From Amoebophrya sp. A120 (Eukaryota > Protista > Dinoflagellata), in assembly GCA_905178155.1 (NCBI GenBank), contig CAJINV010000004.1, positions 7,096,358 through 7,160,357 of the forward strand: a stretch of 64,000 nucleotides of DNA. Reading direction: 5' to 3'. Made by a program: the position numbers and the translations under genes. This document shows, one piece after another, positions 50,408-62,336 of the stretch. A model generated the notes under the pieces. The model worked only from the letters and a program-made list of their open reading frames with translations. It had not been told where the DNA came from and did not search any database. Every line of letters starts with the position of its first letter. Positions within the stretch are counted from its first letter, which is position 1.

Positions 50408-51797
50408 TTCAAAATTGATCTTCTCTGGAAGTCGATCAAACCTGCCACCGACACTTACAAATTTGTAACCTTATTTTATTACTAAGCTTCGAAAAACGCG
50501 CTAGCCAGCCGACAAAGTCGACTATGGCAGCGTTTGTACAGGTCTCACGGACGGTCTTTCTCTGCGGGTCCACCTCGGATTGAACACTGTCGAGAGGAGG
50601 GGCACGGCATCACAACTTGTGCCGGATCAGGATCTGACGTCGAAATTTCTTGTTTGCAGCTCAGCTCAAAGATTCTCGTCTACCACTCGTGCCAGACGAG
50701 GGAAGAGTTCAAAGTTTGCTCCAGAATAGGTTACATCGCTCTCAACAGAAGTGATGAAATAAAGCGCTAGAAGTAGCCCGATTGTCAAACAAAAGCTGCA
50801 TGTTACAAGAAAGTTCGAAATAACTGCAAGATGATGATGTTAGTATTATTGTCCCAAAAGCGCTTTGAAGAATAGACTGTCAGCCCGAAATTACAAACAA
50901 GTTTTGCAATAATCACCGTGGGGCTCCTCTGGTGCGGCGGTAGAAATAGCACGTATTGCATATTTAGAAATTTTGTAAACAAGAAAGGTTATACAGAGTG
51001 GTTTTTGAAACGACGAGCAGCTAGAGGAATTAAGCGCGGCTACTCAGGTGGTTAGCCCTTAGCCATCTTGTTATCATACAGTTGTGCGACGTCCTCTGAG
51101 GAGGAACAGAAAGCTCTTAGCTGCTGCATGGCGCAGATTTAGAAATTTTTCAAGAAGGAAAAGTCTGACATTTAGAAACCGAATCCGAAATAAGTAGCTG
51201 AATCTTACAACTTAAAATTCTGATATAGTGTTCTGATTTTCCTATAAAGTGTTTTCCGATAGTCTGGTCTGATTTAGATTCTGGTTCGATTTAGATTTCA
51301 TTTTCACAAATAGTAAACTCGATAGAAGACGACCTTATGATAGAAGGTTGTAAAACAATATATACCCTGACAGGAGTGATTCTGTTTGCTGTTTATCCTG
51401 AAAGAATACCCTGATTTTCAAATTACAAGTTAGGCGCGTGGTGGTCTGATTGGTGTCTGATTTTTCAACAAATGTGGTTCATTTAAAAGTTTGGCATTTT
51501 AGTGTACTTTCGCGTTTTGAATTTGATGACAGAAGGAGACGATTTGTTACAGGTCGACGTGTACTATTTTCCGCTGCAGCACTAAATTTGTACATCGGAG
51601 GGACAGAGCTGCTACAGAAGTAGTAGAGAAAGGAAGCCCGAATCTTCATACACGGTTTTTAATATTAGAGCACGTAGTAGAGTTTTAAAAGTTGCTACTA
51701 GGTAGAAGGAGTTCTTGCCGAACTAGCCCTTTGTTTGCTGCAAAATTTAGAATTTAGATATGAGGAGTTCTTGGCTGGATGTTCAGCTCTTGTTCAC

Positions 51798-54700
51798 TCA
51801 CGCTTCCTCCTCCTTCTCAAACTCCTCCGCGTACTCTTCTTCCGCAGCAGCAGCTGCTGGCGCTTCCTCCGCCGCCGGAGCAGCAGCAGCCTCCTCCTCG
51901 GCAGGAGCGGGTGCAGCAGCAGCCTCTTCTTCCGCCGCCGGAGCAGCTTCCACTTCCGCTGCAGCCGGAGCTTCTTCCGCGGCTGGGGTGGCTTCCGCTT
52001 CTGCCACCGCATCTTCCGCCGCTGGTGCGGGAGCCTCCTCTGCAGCTTCCGCAGCCGGAGAGGCCACTTCCTCCTCCGCAGCTGCTGGCGCTTCTTCTTC
52101 GGCGGCAGCAGCCGGTTCTTCTGCAGCCGCAACTGGCTCCTCCACCGCTGGCTCTGCTTCCGCGGCTGCCGGCTCTACTTCCGCAGCGGCCACTGCCTCG
52201 TCAGCCGCAGCCGGCGCCTCCTCCTCCGCCGCTGGCGTTATTTCCTCCGCAGCAGCCGGTGTTGCCTCCTCCTCTTCGGCTTGTACTTCCACAGCTTCCT
52301 CTTCTGCAGCCGGCTCGACCGGAGCCGCAGGAGCATCTTCTGCTGCTGGAGCTACTTCTACTTCGGCCGCGGCTGGGACTACTTCTTCTCCCTCCGCAGC
52401 AGGAGCACCAGCGTTCACCGGTTCTACTACTTCCTCCCCAGCACGACCAGCAACTTCTGCCTCCTCGACCACCGCAGCAGAAGTTGTCAAATCGATTTCC
52501 ACGGGACCCGTCTCTTCCTTCTCGAAGTCATCCTCTGCGTATTCGTCGACCTCTTCTTTTTTCTCACTCTCATCTGCAGTTGGCAGTAAGTGCGCGAAGG
52601 GGTTGTCCTCCTTCTCCTCTTCCACCGTCTTCAGATTGTCGTCCTCCACCTTCTCGTACACCTGCGACTTTGCCCGGCCGAACGCCGCCCCGCGCTTCGG
52701 TTTCGCGGAAGGAGCGCTAGACTGCGGCTCGGGATCCGAGTTCACCTTGGAGGTGGAAGGAGCAAATCCGACCTTACTCGATTTCCTCCCTCCGGCTTTG
52801 TCCTCGTCACTGCTTGTCGGTGGGAGGTCGTCAAACGGGGATTTGTTCTTTTTCAGATCTTCATTCGCGGCTTTTAATTTCGCCGCGATCTCCTGCTCCT
52901 CATCGACGTCTTGTCGGAGGGCGGCGTCCAGGTCGACCGTCTTTTCACTGTCAAATCGGCTGTGGGACATGGACATGGACCGCTTGTTCCGCATCGCCGG
53001 TCGCCCGTCGAGAACAGACATCGTCTGGGATTTGGAAACCTGAGATAGAATGTTTTTTACGTTGGTTTAGATGCAAAAACAACTTCTTCCTTGTATCGAT
53101 GAAGCATCAGAACAGAAACACAAGCAGGTGCAATGTTGTCACGACTTCCCGGTACGTAGGATCATGTTCACACAGCTAGGTAAGGACGCATGCATGACAC
53201 CCTCGCATCGGAAACGAAATTCAAATAAACAGCACTTCAAATCTATCCTCTACCCTTTTCTTGATTGTCTCCGTCTCCGTGTGGTCGAACATGGCCGCGT
53301 CCATGGTTTTCCTTCTTCGCAACAACTCCTTCTGCGCCCCCTTGGTCTGGTGCAGTTCGGCGGTGCCGTGGACTAACAACGCAGCGGATTTCGCCGCCTC
53401 CACCGATCCATACCACTGGATTTTGTACTGGTTCTTGTCCAACTCCACCATCAACACGTCGAGATCTTCCAAAATCAGTCGCTGCCTGCCCGGCTCCTTG
53501 ATCAGTTCCTTGTAGAAGAACTTCTTCAAGTTCGTCTTCCGGGCGAATTTGCTCCCCCCGTCCTTTTCTGATACAAACCCGATTTCCTTGCAGATCCCCT
53601 GGAAATCCTCGTAGTCGACATCCGTTTTCCTTTTATTCTGGTTCTCCTTGATCCACGCGAGCATACCGCCCCACGCCATGACCACGCAGCCCTTCCACTC
53701 GAGAAGTGCGTTTTTGAAGGAGAACACGTCGTCCCGGAGAGCCGGTTCGAACGCGGCGAGGCCGAGGAACCCGCGCTCGAGGCCGCCGAGGGCCTCCCAG
53801 AGGTTTTTGATGTTTCCGGTGTAACCGAAGGTACGGGCCGCCATGATAAACTCGTTGTAGGAAAGACGACCTTGTTTCGTGGTGAAGAGGAAATAAATTT
53901 TAGATTCAGTGACATTTTTCAATTCTCAAACCTCTCCATCAAATCGATCATGCAATTTTCCATAATGCTCATTATGCTCATACAACACGATGAAAACACA
54001 CACAATATGCTTTCTCGCATCTTCAGAACCGACATTCAGGTCCGACTACTCGCATGACGGGGGCTGGTGCACCGAAAAAAAGTAGCACTAATACTAAACG
54101 AACGCCATTGCCCAAAATAAACGAAAACCTCAAACTCTTATCCTTATGAAAATACCATTTCCGTCCGTATCCAACCCTTCTCGCCACGCGCGCAGCACCG
54201 ATCCGTACCTGTGGATGATCATCTTTTTGAACCCATCCACCGATTTTCCGATGATCGCCTGCATTTTCTTCTCGTATTCTTCCTTCTCCTTGGCCATGTC
54301 CGCCATGGCGGTTTGCGCGCGAGAAGACCCGAACGCGTGCAGTTTGTTCCAGTTCTTCGCGCGCTCGTGCGAGCCGTACCACTCGTTTTCGTAGGTTTTC
54401 TTGTCTAATTCGATCATCAAGATTTTCAAATCCGACAAAATCAGCGCTTTCCGGTGGTTGTCGGCGATCAACTGCTTGTTGAAAAACTTGAACCCGTCCT
54501 GCGACTTGGCTTCAAATATAACCCGCTCAGGTGTTACAATCTCAAGCGTTACAATAGAATATGGAAATCTGTGATGCAAGATGGCATGATCTAGCCAAGT
54601 CTCATGGGATTGCGCATGACAAGTTCGGGAGCCCTAAACCCACCGAAAATCTGGCGAAATTTGTATTGCAAAAGGTGGAACGTTGTGCGAGTCCATCATG

Positions 54701-57700
54701 CTCATCATGCAACACAAATTCCAGATTCTATTGTGACGTTTGAGATGGTAACTGATTTGAGCAAGTCATATCAAACCCGATGATCTTCGAGACCTCCTGG
54801 AACTCGCCCCAGTCAATCTCCTCGTTCTTCGTTTGTCCGGGCTGGAGGTCCAGCATCGCGGACCAGGCGTCGACGATGGTGCCGTACTTGGTCAGGAGGC
54901 ACTTTTTCAGCTCCATCAGATCGTCTTTGAGCGGCTTGTCGAGGTGTTGCATGCCGAGGAAGCCCGCCTCTTCACCACCCAGAACAACCCACAGGGTCTT
55001 CATGTTGCCGGCGTAACTGTTTTTTTTGGAGGGTTTTTGGAAGATTTTTGTGTTTCGTCCTGCTTGTGCTTTCGCATAATGATAATTGGTTTCCACTATA
55101 TAAGCTGTTGGTTTCCAACCATACTGATCTGGCTGTCGAACAACAACAGACATACAAACACAATGTCCCTTTTCTGGCCAGAAAAGTATGAATCTGGAAA
55201 GAATTGTGCAACGCCAGTGTGCGCGCTCTGACAGAATACTGCCATATCGAGCCCGCATAGCGAGGTAGTTGCCTACTTTCGTTTACCACAGATTAATTAC
55301 GGATTCTCGCACAAAAAAAGCGAGCGCCCGGCCTATTCTGTGGAGAATTTTTAACACTAACAGTACAGGAAATGAGAAGTGCAACTACGACGTGTTGGAT
55401 CTTTGCCTTTGATTTTTCTCCGAGGAATAGGTGCTCTACAACTTCACAAGGATCTCGTGGCCGCGTGCGACTGTGAAACGTACTGCTTCACAGCTGGTAC
55501 TAGACATCGCGTGTGTAGAAAGATCCTCGTGTCGTAGACACTTGCTTCCAGTACTTGGTAACCGGCACAATCTGAACCTCGCGATGAATCGGAGGACTAA
55601 GAAGCGACCGCAAAACCAAAAGCTAGTACTAGCACATCTACATCATCTTCAAAAACAAAGCTCTATCTAACTATACCCTAATGTCCTCGCCGCCTGCATG
55701 AATTCGTTAAAGGACAGCCTTCCGTTGCCATCACTATCTAACCCGAACCGCCAGGCCCGGGCCATGCTGCCGTGCCGGCGCACGATCTGCTGCTTAAAGC
55801 CCTCTTCGGATTTCGCGGCGACGATCTGCGCCTTCTTGGCCCGCTCCTCCTGCACCAGCGCTTCCCGCTTCTGCAGACCCATAAACTGCGAGATGCGGTT
55901 GGAAAAGCTCATGGACTGTCGCTCCTGGAAGGTCATTCTCGACTTTTCCGCGGAGGTAATCTTCGGCGCCAGGATCATCTCGTGGTGGCCGGACAGGTAG
56001 TTTTTCATCAGGAATGGATCCAAGTCGCCCATGGTCAGGTACTGCCGACCCTGCTCGAGCAGAAAAGTGTAGAACAGCTGCTTGGTGTCACCGGTGTACC
56101 TGATAGAAAGGATAAAGGATTCGAGGTGTTCATGAGGATCACTGAGTGATGTAGATGTGAGGTTGTAGAAGATGCATGAGAAAAAAGTTCTTGGATCGCC
56201 AAATGTGCAACACAAATTCCCATAGAACAACAAGCTGTACCCCAGCTCCTTGGCTTTCCTCTTGAACTCTTCGAGTTCTAACCGGCCGGAGCGATCCTCA
56301 TCGAGCCCTTTCTTCCAGGCGTCCACTAGGTTTCCGTATTTCTCGTTACAAAGACCCAGGAAGGTGTCGATGCGGGTTTGTGCCTTAAAGGGGAATCATT
56401 TTTTCGGTGTCAAAAGGCTGTATATGATTGAGTGGGTGTGTGGAATACACACCTATTAGTTACACATGCTGTTCCACCAACTTGACAATTTCATTGCGTA
56501 TGCGCGCACGACAACAAAGGCAAAGCATCAGTTCGTGTTGCACAAAACCAACAAAAAAAATCCTTTGTACATCCGGGTCCAGCTCTCCGAGCGAAATGTT
56601 CGCCGATTTGTCTTCATCGAGGGTTTTAAACAAAAGCGAGATGTTCCCTGTGTAACCCAAGGCTCGCGCTGCGTTGCAGAACTCGACAAAAGCGAGCTTG
56701 TTGCCCTCGTTCGTAACTTCACTGCACATCCCAGCGCGCCACCCGCGGGCGACACTGCCGTATTTTCTTCGCAGCATCTCCTTAAAACTACGCACGTCCT
56801 GGGGCCCGAGATCTTCACCCGTGTCGATGTAGGACGCCCGCTTGCGGAGCATGGCTGTTTTTTATTGAGTTTAAACTTCTTGCTGGACGAGGGAAGAATT
56901 GCTGATATCATGCGTACACTATGGAGAAACTGGAACTGCCCCGATGCACGAGACACAATCATCTTCTGAACCGCAATTTAATGATCATCATGTACACACA
57001 CTGACACACAGGTCGTGTTCTTCTTCTTACAGTAGTAAGTTCTCGTTTTACTCAACATAAAAATTCCAATACAGAATTTCCTTTGCGCCAGCAGCTTGGC
57101 CCTTTTCAGCTGATTTCTGATTGTCTCCTGCTGCCTCTCTTCAAAGGACATCTCCATCGGGCCCTTCCGTGGGCTGGTATATCAAAAGGAAAAATCCCCC
57201 CTCCCCATATCAAAAGGAGGTTTCTGATGCTGGATTTGCGTACACAAATCAGCTTTGCATTGCAGAGCGGCACTGCGAGCAGATCTCCAGGCTGAGTAGG
57301 GGCGTAAGTGTCTAGCTGCTCAGCATGGCAAACGGCTAACCTTTAGGCCCAACAGCATGACAAATCGCCTCCATAACGGGGCGGAAGCTCCTGCCCTTGT
57401 CTTCTTGCAAGACAGTTGTGATTTGTGACCTCAAATCTGCAACACAAATTTTCGAAGTCATACCTTTTCAATATGGGGAGGGGGGATTTTTCCTTTTAAT
57501 ATGGTAGCCGGGGAATTTTCCGGACTCTCCTCCGCCACCTGGTCTTTACTCGGATCCAGCAATATCCTATGCAAAAACGTCCCCGCCCCATAGTGAAGAT
57601 GGGGGATTGGCTAGACAAATCCACAAGTTTTGGGTGTCTTGCATGACAAATTTGGACTCGTAGCGTAGTGCTGTTTGAGCTAGCTCTGCAGCATTACAGA

Positions 57701-60700
57701 CTCAGTATATCCTGCTGATTGGAGCATGACAAATTGCAAAGCACGATTGAAAAATGCTTCTCATGGGGCTCCGCATGAGAAACAATTTCAGCATGCAGAT
57801 TTACAATACAATTATGGTGTGGGGACGTTTTTACATAGGATAAGCAAACCGCGGTAGTCGTCCAACCGCATGGCGGCGCCGACCTTGCTGTCGAAATCGT
57901 CCACCTGCATGAAATTCCGGTCTTCCAGAAGCAGCATTTTGAACATCTTTTCCGGCTCCATGTCCGTGTATCCGAGTTCCTTGCACTTCTGATTCCACTC
58001 GTGCAGTTCCACCCGCCCCGACTGGTTCAGGTCAAAGTGACAGATCCACGCCTCGAGGAGGGAGCCTGTGGGTTTATTTGGAGAATAAAGTTGTAGTCCT
58101 CCATGCGTTCTTTTGGATGTTGTCATGCGAAATAACTCCATTTGAAGGAAAAGGGACAAATGGAAAACTTGCTGTTGCAACCCAGAATCTGAATCATACC
58201 ACCAGCGAACTACAAACAGACATGTTTTTCGATAAAACAGGATATTGTTCTCCGCACCTTTTTTCTCGATGCAGCATCTGCGGAAATTGACGATAGCGTT
58301 AAATGTGGGCTCGTCGAGTTCTTTCAGGTATCAAATGCAAAAGTGCCTGGGTCTCGAAGATTCTGAGACTTGTCATGCACATTTTGCATGAACCACGATG
58401 TCTGTGATGCATGCCCTAGCATCCCAGGTTTTTTGAGGGATTCTCAATGCCTAATCCGCATGATAGATGCCCTCTCCGCGTAGCAAAAAACAGACTCCTT
58501 TTGCTGCTCATGCAACACAAATTTTTTAGACATCCAAATGCAGCATCACAATTTACATTGTTCCAGACCAAGACATATTTGCATTTGATATCAGGGAGAT
58601 AACACCACTTCTATCGTCGTCCATCTCCAGGAAGGTTCCTTTCACGTTACCTGGAGAAGTTGTTCGCTTTGTATGTTCGAAGAGATGATTGAGAGACGAA
58701 CGGGCGTATGTGTAAGTTGTACCTGGTCCGTGCCTCATGCTCATCATCTTTCGCACAAACACAAATTTTTCCCAAACTCTGTTTTTCATCGGATGACGGA
58801 AAAATGCAACAGCAATGAAAATCAAATCCCTCAGTACCATGAAACCCGCATTCTCTGCAAGCGGCGCAGAACTCTGTGAACGACAACTTCTTCGTTGCGT
58901 CGCAGCCCAAACCCTTTCTCCAAGCGCGCCACAAGTTGCCGTATTTTCGCTTCAGCAAGGCCTTAAAGTCGTGCACTGTGTAGGCCGACATAGTCTTCAC
59001 CAAGTGCCGACCCTGCTCGTGCGCCAGCTCCTCGCGGGCACGGACGGTCTGTTGATTTGATTTTTTGTTAATCAGAACATTTTATCATTTGTCTTGCGCG
59101 ATTGACAGCGTCACGCAGAAGTAAAATTTCCACGCGGAAGTCAGAAAAACAAAAACAACCTTACTATACCATGAGCCTTCTGTAGTCCGCCGACGTTTCC
59201 GTCAATGCGAGCATTTGGTCGTCCCCTCGGCGCAGCGCCAGCGCTGCCACGGGGTCAAACTCGTCGATCGACAAAGTTTTTTTGAAAGGCGCAAGCAAGA
59301 AGGGCCACACCTGCTCCGGGTCCCCCTGGTACTGCAACTTCTTGATGCGGGTGACAAACTGGTGTTTTTCCACTTGTTGCGTGTTGTGCGGGTCCAGGAC
59401 GCGCCAGGCGGCGAGCGTGTTCTTCGCCAGATTTGCGATGCTGTGAGATGCAGATGGATCGATTCGGCGAAGATCGATGTGTTGTTTTATGGTGCGTTTA
59501 TTTGATGTTAAGTGTTACAACATCTCGACCAGCAGCACATCAGCGACAAATTCAGCTTCACTTACAATCAAGTAGGTCAGTTCTACCACAACCGCTAGGG
59601 TCTTTAAATGCGTTCAGGATCTTAAATATTTTTTTTCATACATGGGATCCGCCCAAAGCGCCGCGCCTCCGACCGGGGTCGCCACGTTGGCCGCACAGCC
59701 CGCCGCCATGATCTGAGCCAGGGTCTTGCCGCTTTTCAAATTTAACACCGAGAACGCCGCATCTTTTTCGAAAATGCGACTGCACTCTTAGCCTGGGGCC
59801 CCTACCTTGTGGCCCGAACACCTGGACCACCAGCGGCCAGGCCCCGAGACTTCCGGCCGCCGCGGGAGCGGCGGCCGCGCGCCCACGACCGCTCGCGCCG
59901 CTCGGAATTCCGGCCTGGCGCCGCCCGCGCCGCTCGGGGCGCTTCCGGCCGCTCGGGCCCTTGCCGGCGCTCCGGGCCGCTGCCGGGAGCGGGACGGGCT
60001 CGAGCGGCGCAGCGAGCGGCCCGGGCGGCTGCGCCGCTCGGACCGCCCGGGCCGCTCGCGCCTCTTCGCTGCGTTCGCGGCGCCCCGGTGCGCTCGGTGG
60101 AGCGGAAGGCTTCCAGGGGCGCGAGCGGCACCGCCCTGCGCCCCGGCGCGGGGGCGGCCGAGCGGCCCGGACGGCTGCGCGACGGCTTCGGTCGCGCGAC
60201 AGTTTTTTTTTTTTTGCTGCTACACATTAATTTGAAAAAACGAACGCGATTTTCTTCGATCTCGCTCTCCTGCCATTTTGCGAATCCGAAAAAACGAACC
60301 GACGAGCGCGCGCGCCCCACCATCTTTGTCCCCCATGTGAGCCAGACTAGAATGATCTTGCGTCACTGGAATGCGGTTAGCCATGCAAAACCAAATGTAA
60401 GCTTTCATTTTGCGAACGCATTTAAAGCGCCGAGCGGTTGTGGTAAACTGACCTACATAATTACAAGAATCAGACAACCAATCGAAAAAAAATCCTTTTT
60501 ACTCCTCGTAAAACTGCTTCAGAGTTTGCGCTGCCATGGGGTGGACCTCTTCCAGGTGCACGGTTCCGACCTGTTTCGTGTCCAGTTCTGCCCAAATTGA
60601 CTTGATATCTCCACCAATTCCGTGCTGCCGGCAGGCGTTACAGAACTCGTTGAAGTGCAGGGCGCCACCGTAGCTGAAGCCGTACCGCCAGCCCGCGCAG

Positions 60701-62336
60701 ACCGACCCAAACTTTTGCCGCAGCATGGTTCGGAACGCCTTCTTGTGTTCGGTGGAGGTCACGGGGGACTGTGACCTCCTGCGCGTTGGCGTTGGGGCAC
60801 GGGACGCTTGCGGCGACCCCGGGGGCGGAGAACGCGCTTCGGCGACCTGGGTGATGAAACACACAAAATTCTTTCATGATTTTTATTTGGCAAACTGGTA
60901 TGTACGTAAATGCAAACCGATTCTGTACTAGTACGTGTGAGTACTTTTGAAAGAAAGAAATCGAAGTGAAAAATGCAAAGCATTCAGCATTTTCATCATT
61001 CAACAAAGGCTCAAAAATTTTTCATACCAGTTCCCGCGTCAACTTGCCCATTTCCAGCTTCCTTCTTGCGGAGAACGTGACGTGGTTTAGGGTAGAGTTT
61101 TCCCGCCTTGACTGCAGGTGCACGCTGGGGTCCTGGTAGTAGGTAAACGGACTCTTGTTGACGGCCCCCACGGAGGGTGACCGGTCGTAGGACTGGTGCA
61201 CAAAACCCTCTGCCCCCATGACCGTGTGGTTATTGTTGTTTGTGCCCATGATCTTGCCCACGTTTACCAACTTCGGGAGAACGGGCATACTGTGCGAGAA
61301 GGGGTCGGACCTGATGAAGGAAGGAAAGATTCATAAAAACCGTAAGTAAGATAAGAAAATTTTTTTTCCATGGCATGCGCCAATGACAGAGAAACACATC
61401 AGAATTATCAGTCACCAAGGTTGAGATTTTTCCTCCTCGTTCTTCCTTACGAATGCAAAAGTAAAATTGTGGTCATGGTGAAAGTCACACCAAAATATTC
61501 AATTCAGTACGTCTTTGTCGCCGGGACGCTTCCGACGGACTCATCCGGGTAGGGGTGGATGCTAAAGGGGCTGGCCGCCGCTTGTCGATGCGAGGAAGCG
61601 TAGCCCGATGGGGAATAACTGTTGTCGGACATTCGGCTTCTGCTTTGACTCCGGTGGTTCTGCGACCTTGTGTGCCTCAGGTTCGCCGCACGGCCCCGGG
61701 CTTTGTGGTACTTGTCCAGGGAACCGGGCCGTTTCACAGGTCGCGGCTTCTAATGTGTGGGTTATTGGAAAATCTAAATTTGATCTCTATGTGAAAAAAG
61801 TGTTGTGGCTAGGTTTGATGTGCCTCAAAATCAAATGGCCATCAAAGGAGGGATTGCTTCTAAGACTAAGGCTAAGCAGGGGTTCTGTCGTGATGATTGA
61901 GGCTGAAAACGCAGAATACAATAGATTTCTGTACTGAAGTGAACTGCAGCAGAACAATAGTGCTTTGTTCTAAACAAGAGCTGGTTGACATCACGATGCT
62001 GCTGGTGGCAACACCCAAGGTTTTATGGAACGAAAGACCGACTCAGACTATCCCAGGGTAACTGCCCAGTTGGCGCGTCAGTACTTGCAAGCCACAATCG
62101 CAATGCAAGTCTCTGTCTAAGTGTAAGTTCCAGAATAACAGCTCGTCTAGGTCTTAAATTTTAATTTTGGAATTCACATACCAGAGATGAACAAACAAAC
62201 AAAACTTCCATACCCCCATGTATTGGCTTTCCACATCCCGTATCATCCTGAGCCTCTTGTATGCTCCCTCGTTTTTCAGAAGCTGCTGGAACTGCCGCTC
62301 ATGCAGCGCCCGGTAGTGCATACTCGAGCTCGACAT
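51798..62336 (-). CDS. Very large multi-EF-hand-repeat protein with an Ala/Glu/Pro-rich acidic tail; four introners
   Basis: Recurrent unit FKxxLxx(K/R)YGxxxxAWRxGLDxDxxGxLxFxEFxxA(A/C)RxLGYxGNxxxLW in exons from 60850 to 53235; final exon is the 51798..53040 AEEEA-rich ORF. The 5' exons (61000-62336) are joined tentatively. Confidence 0.75.
54517..54770. mobile_element. Introner family G-related (254 bp)
   Basis: TATAACCCGCTCAG..GTTACAATCTCAAGCGTTACAATAGAAT...ATTCTATTGTGACGTTTGAGATGGTAAC..TGAGCAAGTCATA; DR TCAAA. Confidence 0.85.
57180..57501. mobile_element. Introner family J (322 bp)
   Basis: TATCAAAAGGAAAAATCCCCCCTCCCCATAT...ATATGGGGAGGGGGGATTTTTCCTTTTAATA; DR TGGTA. Confidence 0.92.
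57563..57842. mobile_element. Introner family E (280 bp, opposite orientation to 13556-13835)
   Basis: TATCCTATGCAAAAACGTCCCC...GGGGACGTTTTTACATAGGATA; DR AGCAA. Confidence 0.92.
58329..58590. mobile_element. Introner family A (262 bp)
   Basis: Family A TIRs; DR TCAGG. Confidence 0.9.
59575..60453. mobile_element. Non-autonomous TIR element with TA target duplication (Tc1/mariner-like MITE), intronic, with an extremely GC-rich core
   Basis: TA|GGTCAGTTCTACCACAACCGCTAGGGTCTTTAAATGCGTTC ... GAACGCATTTAAAGCGCCGAGCGGTTGTGGTAAACTGACC|TA, an imperfect TIR of about 40 bp. Confidence 0.75.

Noticed and set aside
51760-53043. 427-aa plus-strand Ser/Ala-rich ORF and overlapping Leu/Arg/Pro-rich ORFs
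   Set aside because: Antisense shadow of the Ala/Glu-rich last exon of the minus-strand EF-hand gene.
123-58840. Many short ORFs sharing peptides such as [19 protein letters not shown] and [10 protein letters not shown] as a protein family
   Set aside because: They are translations of the family A TIR, not genes.
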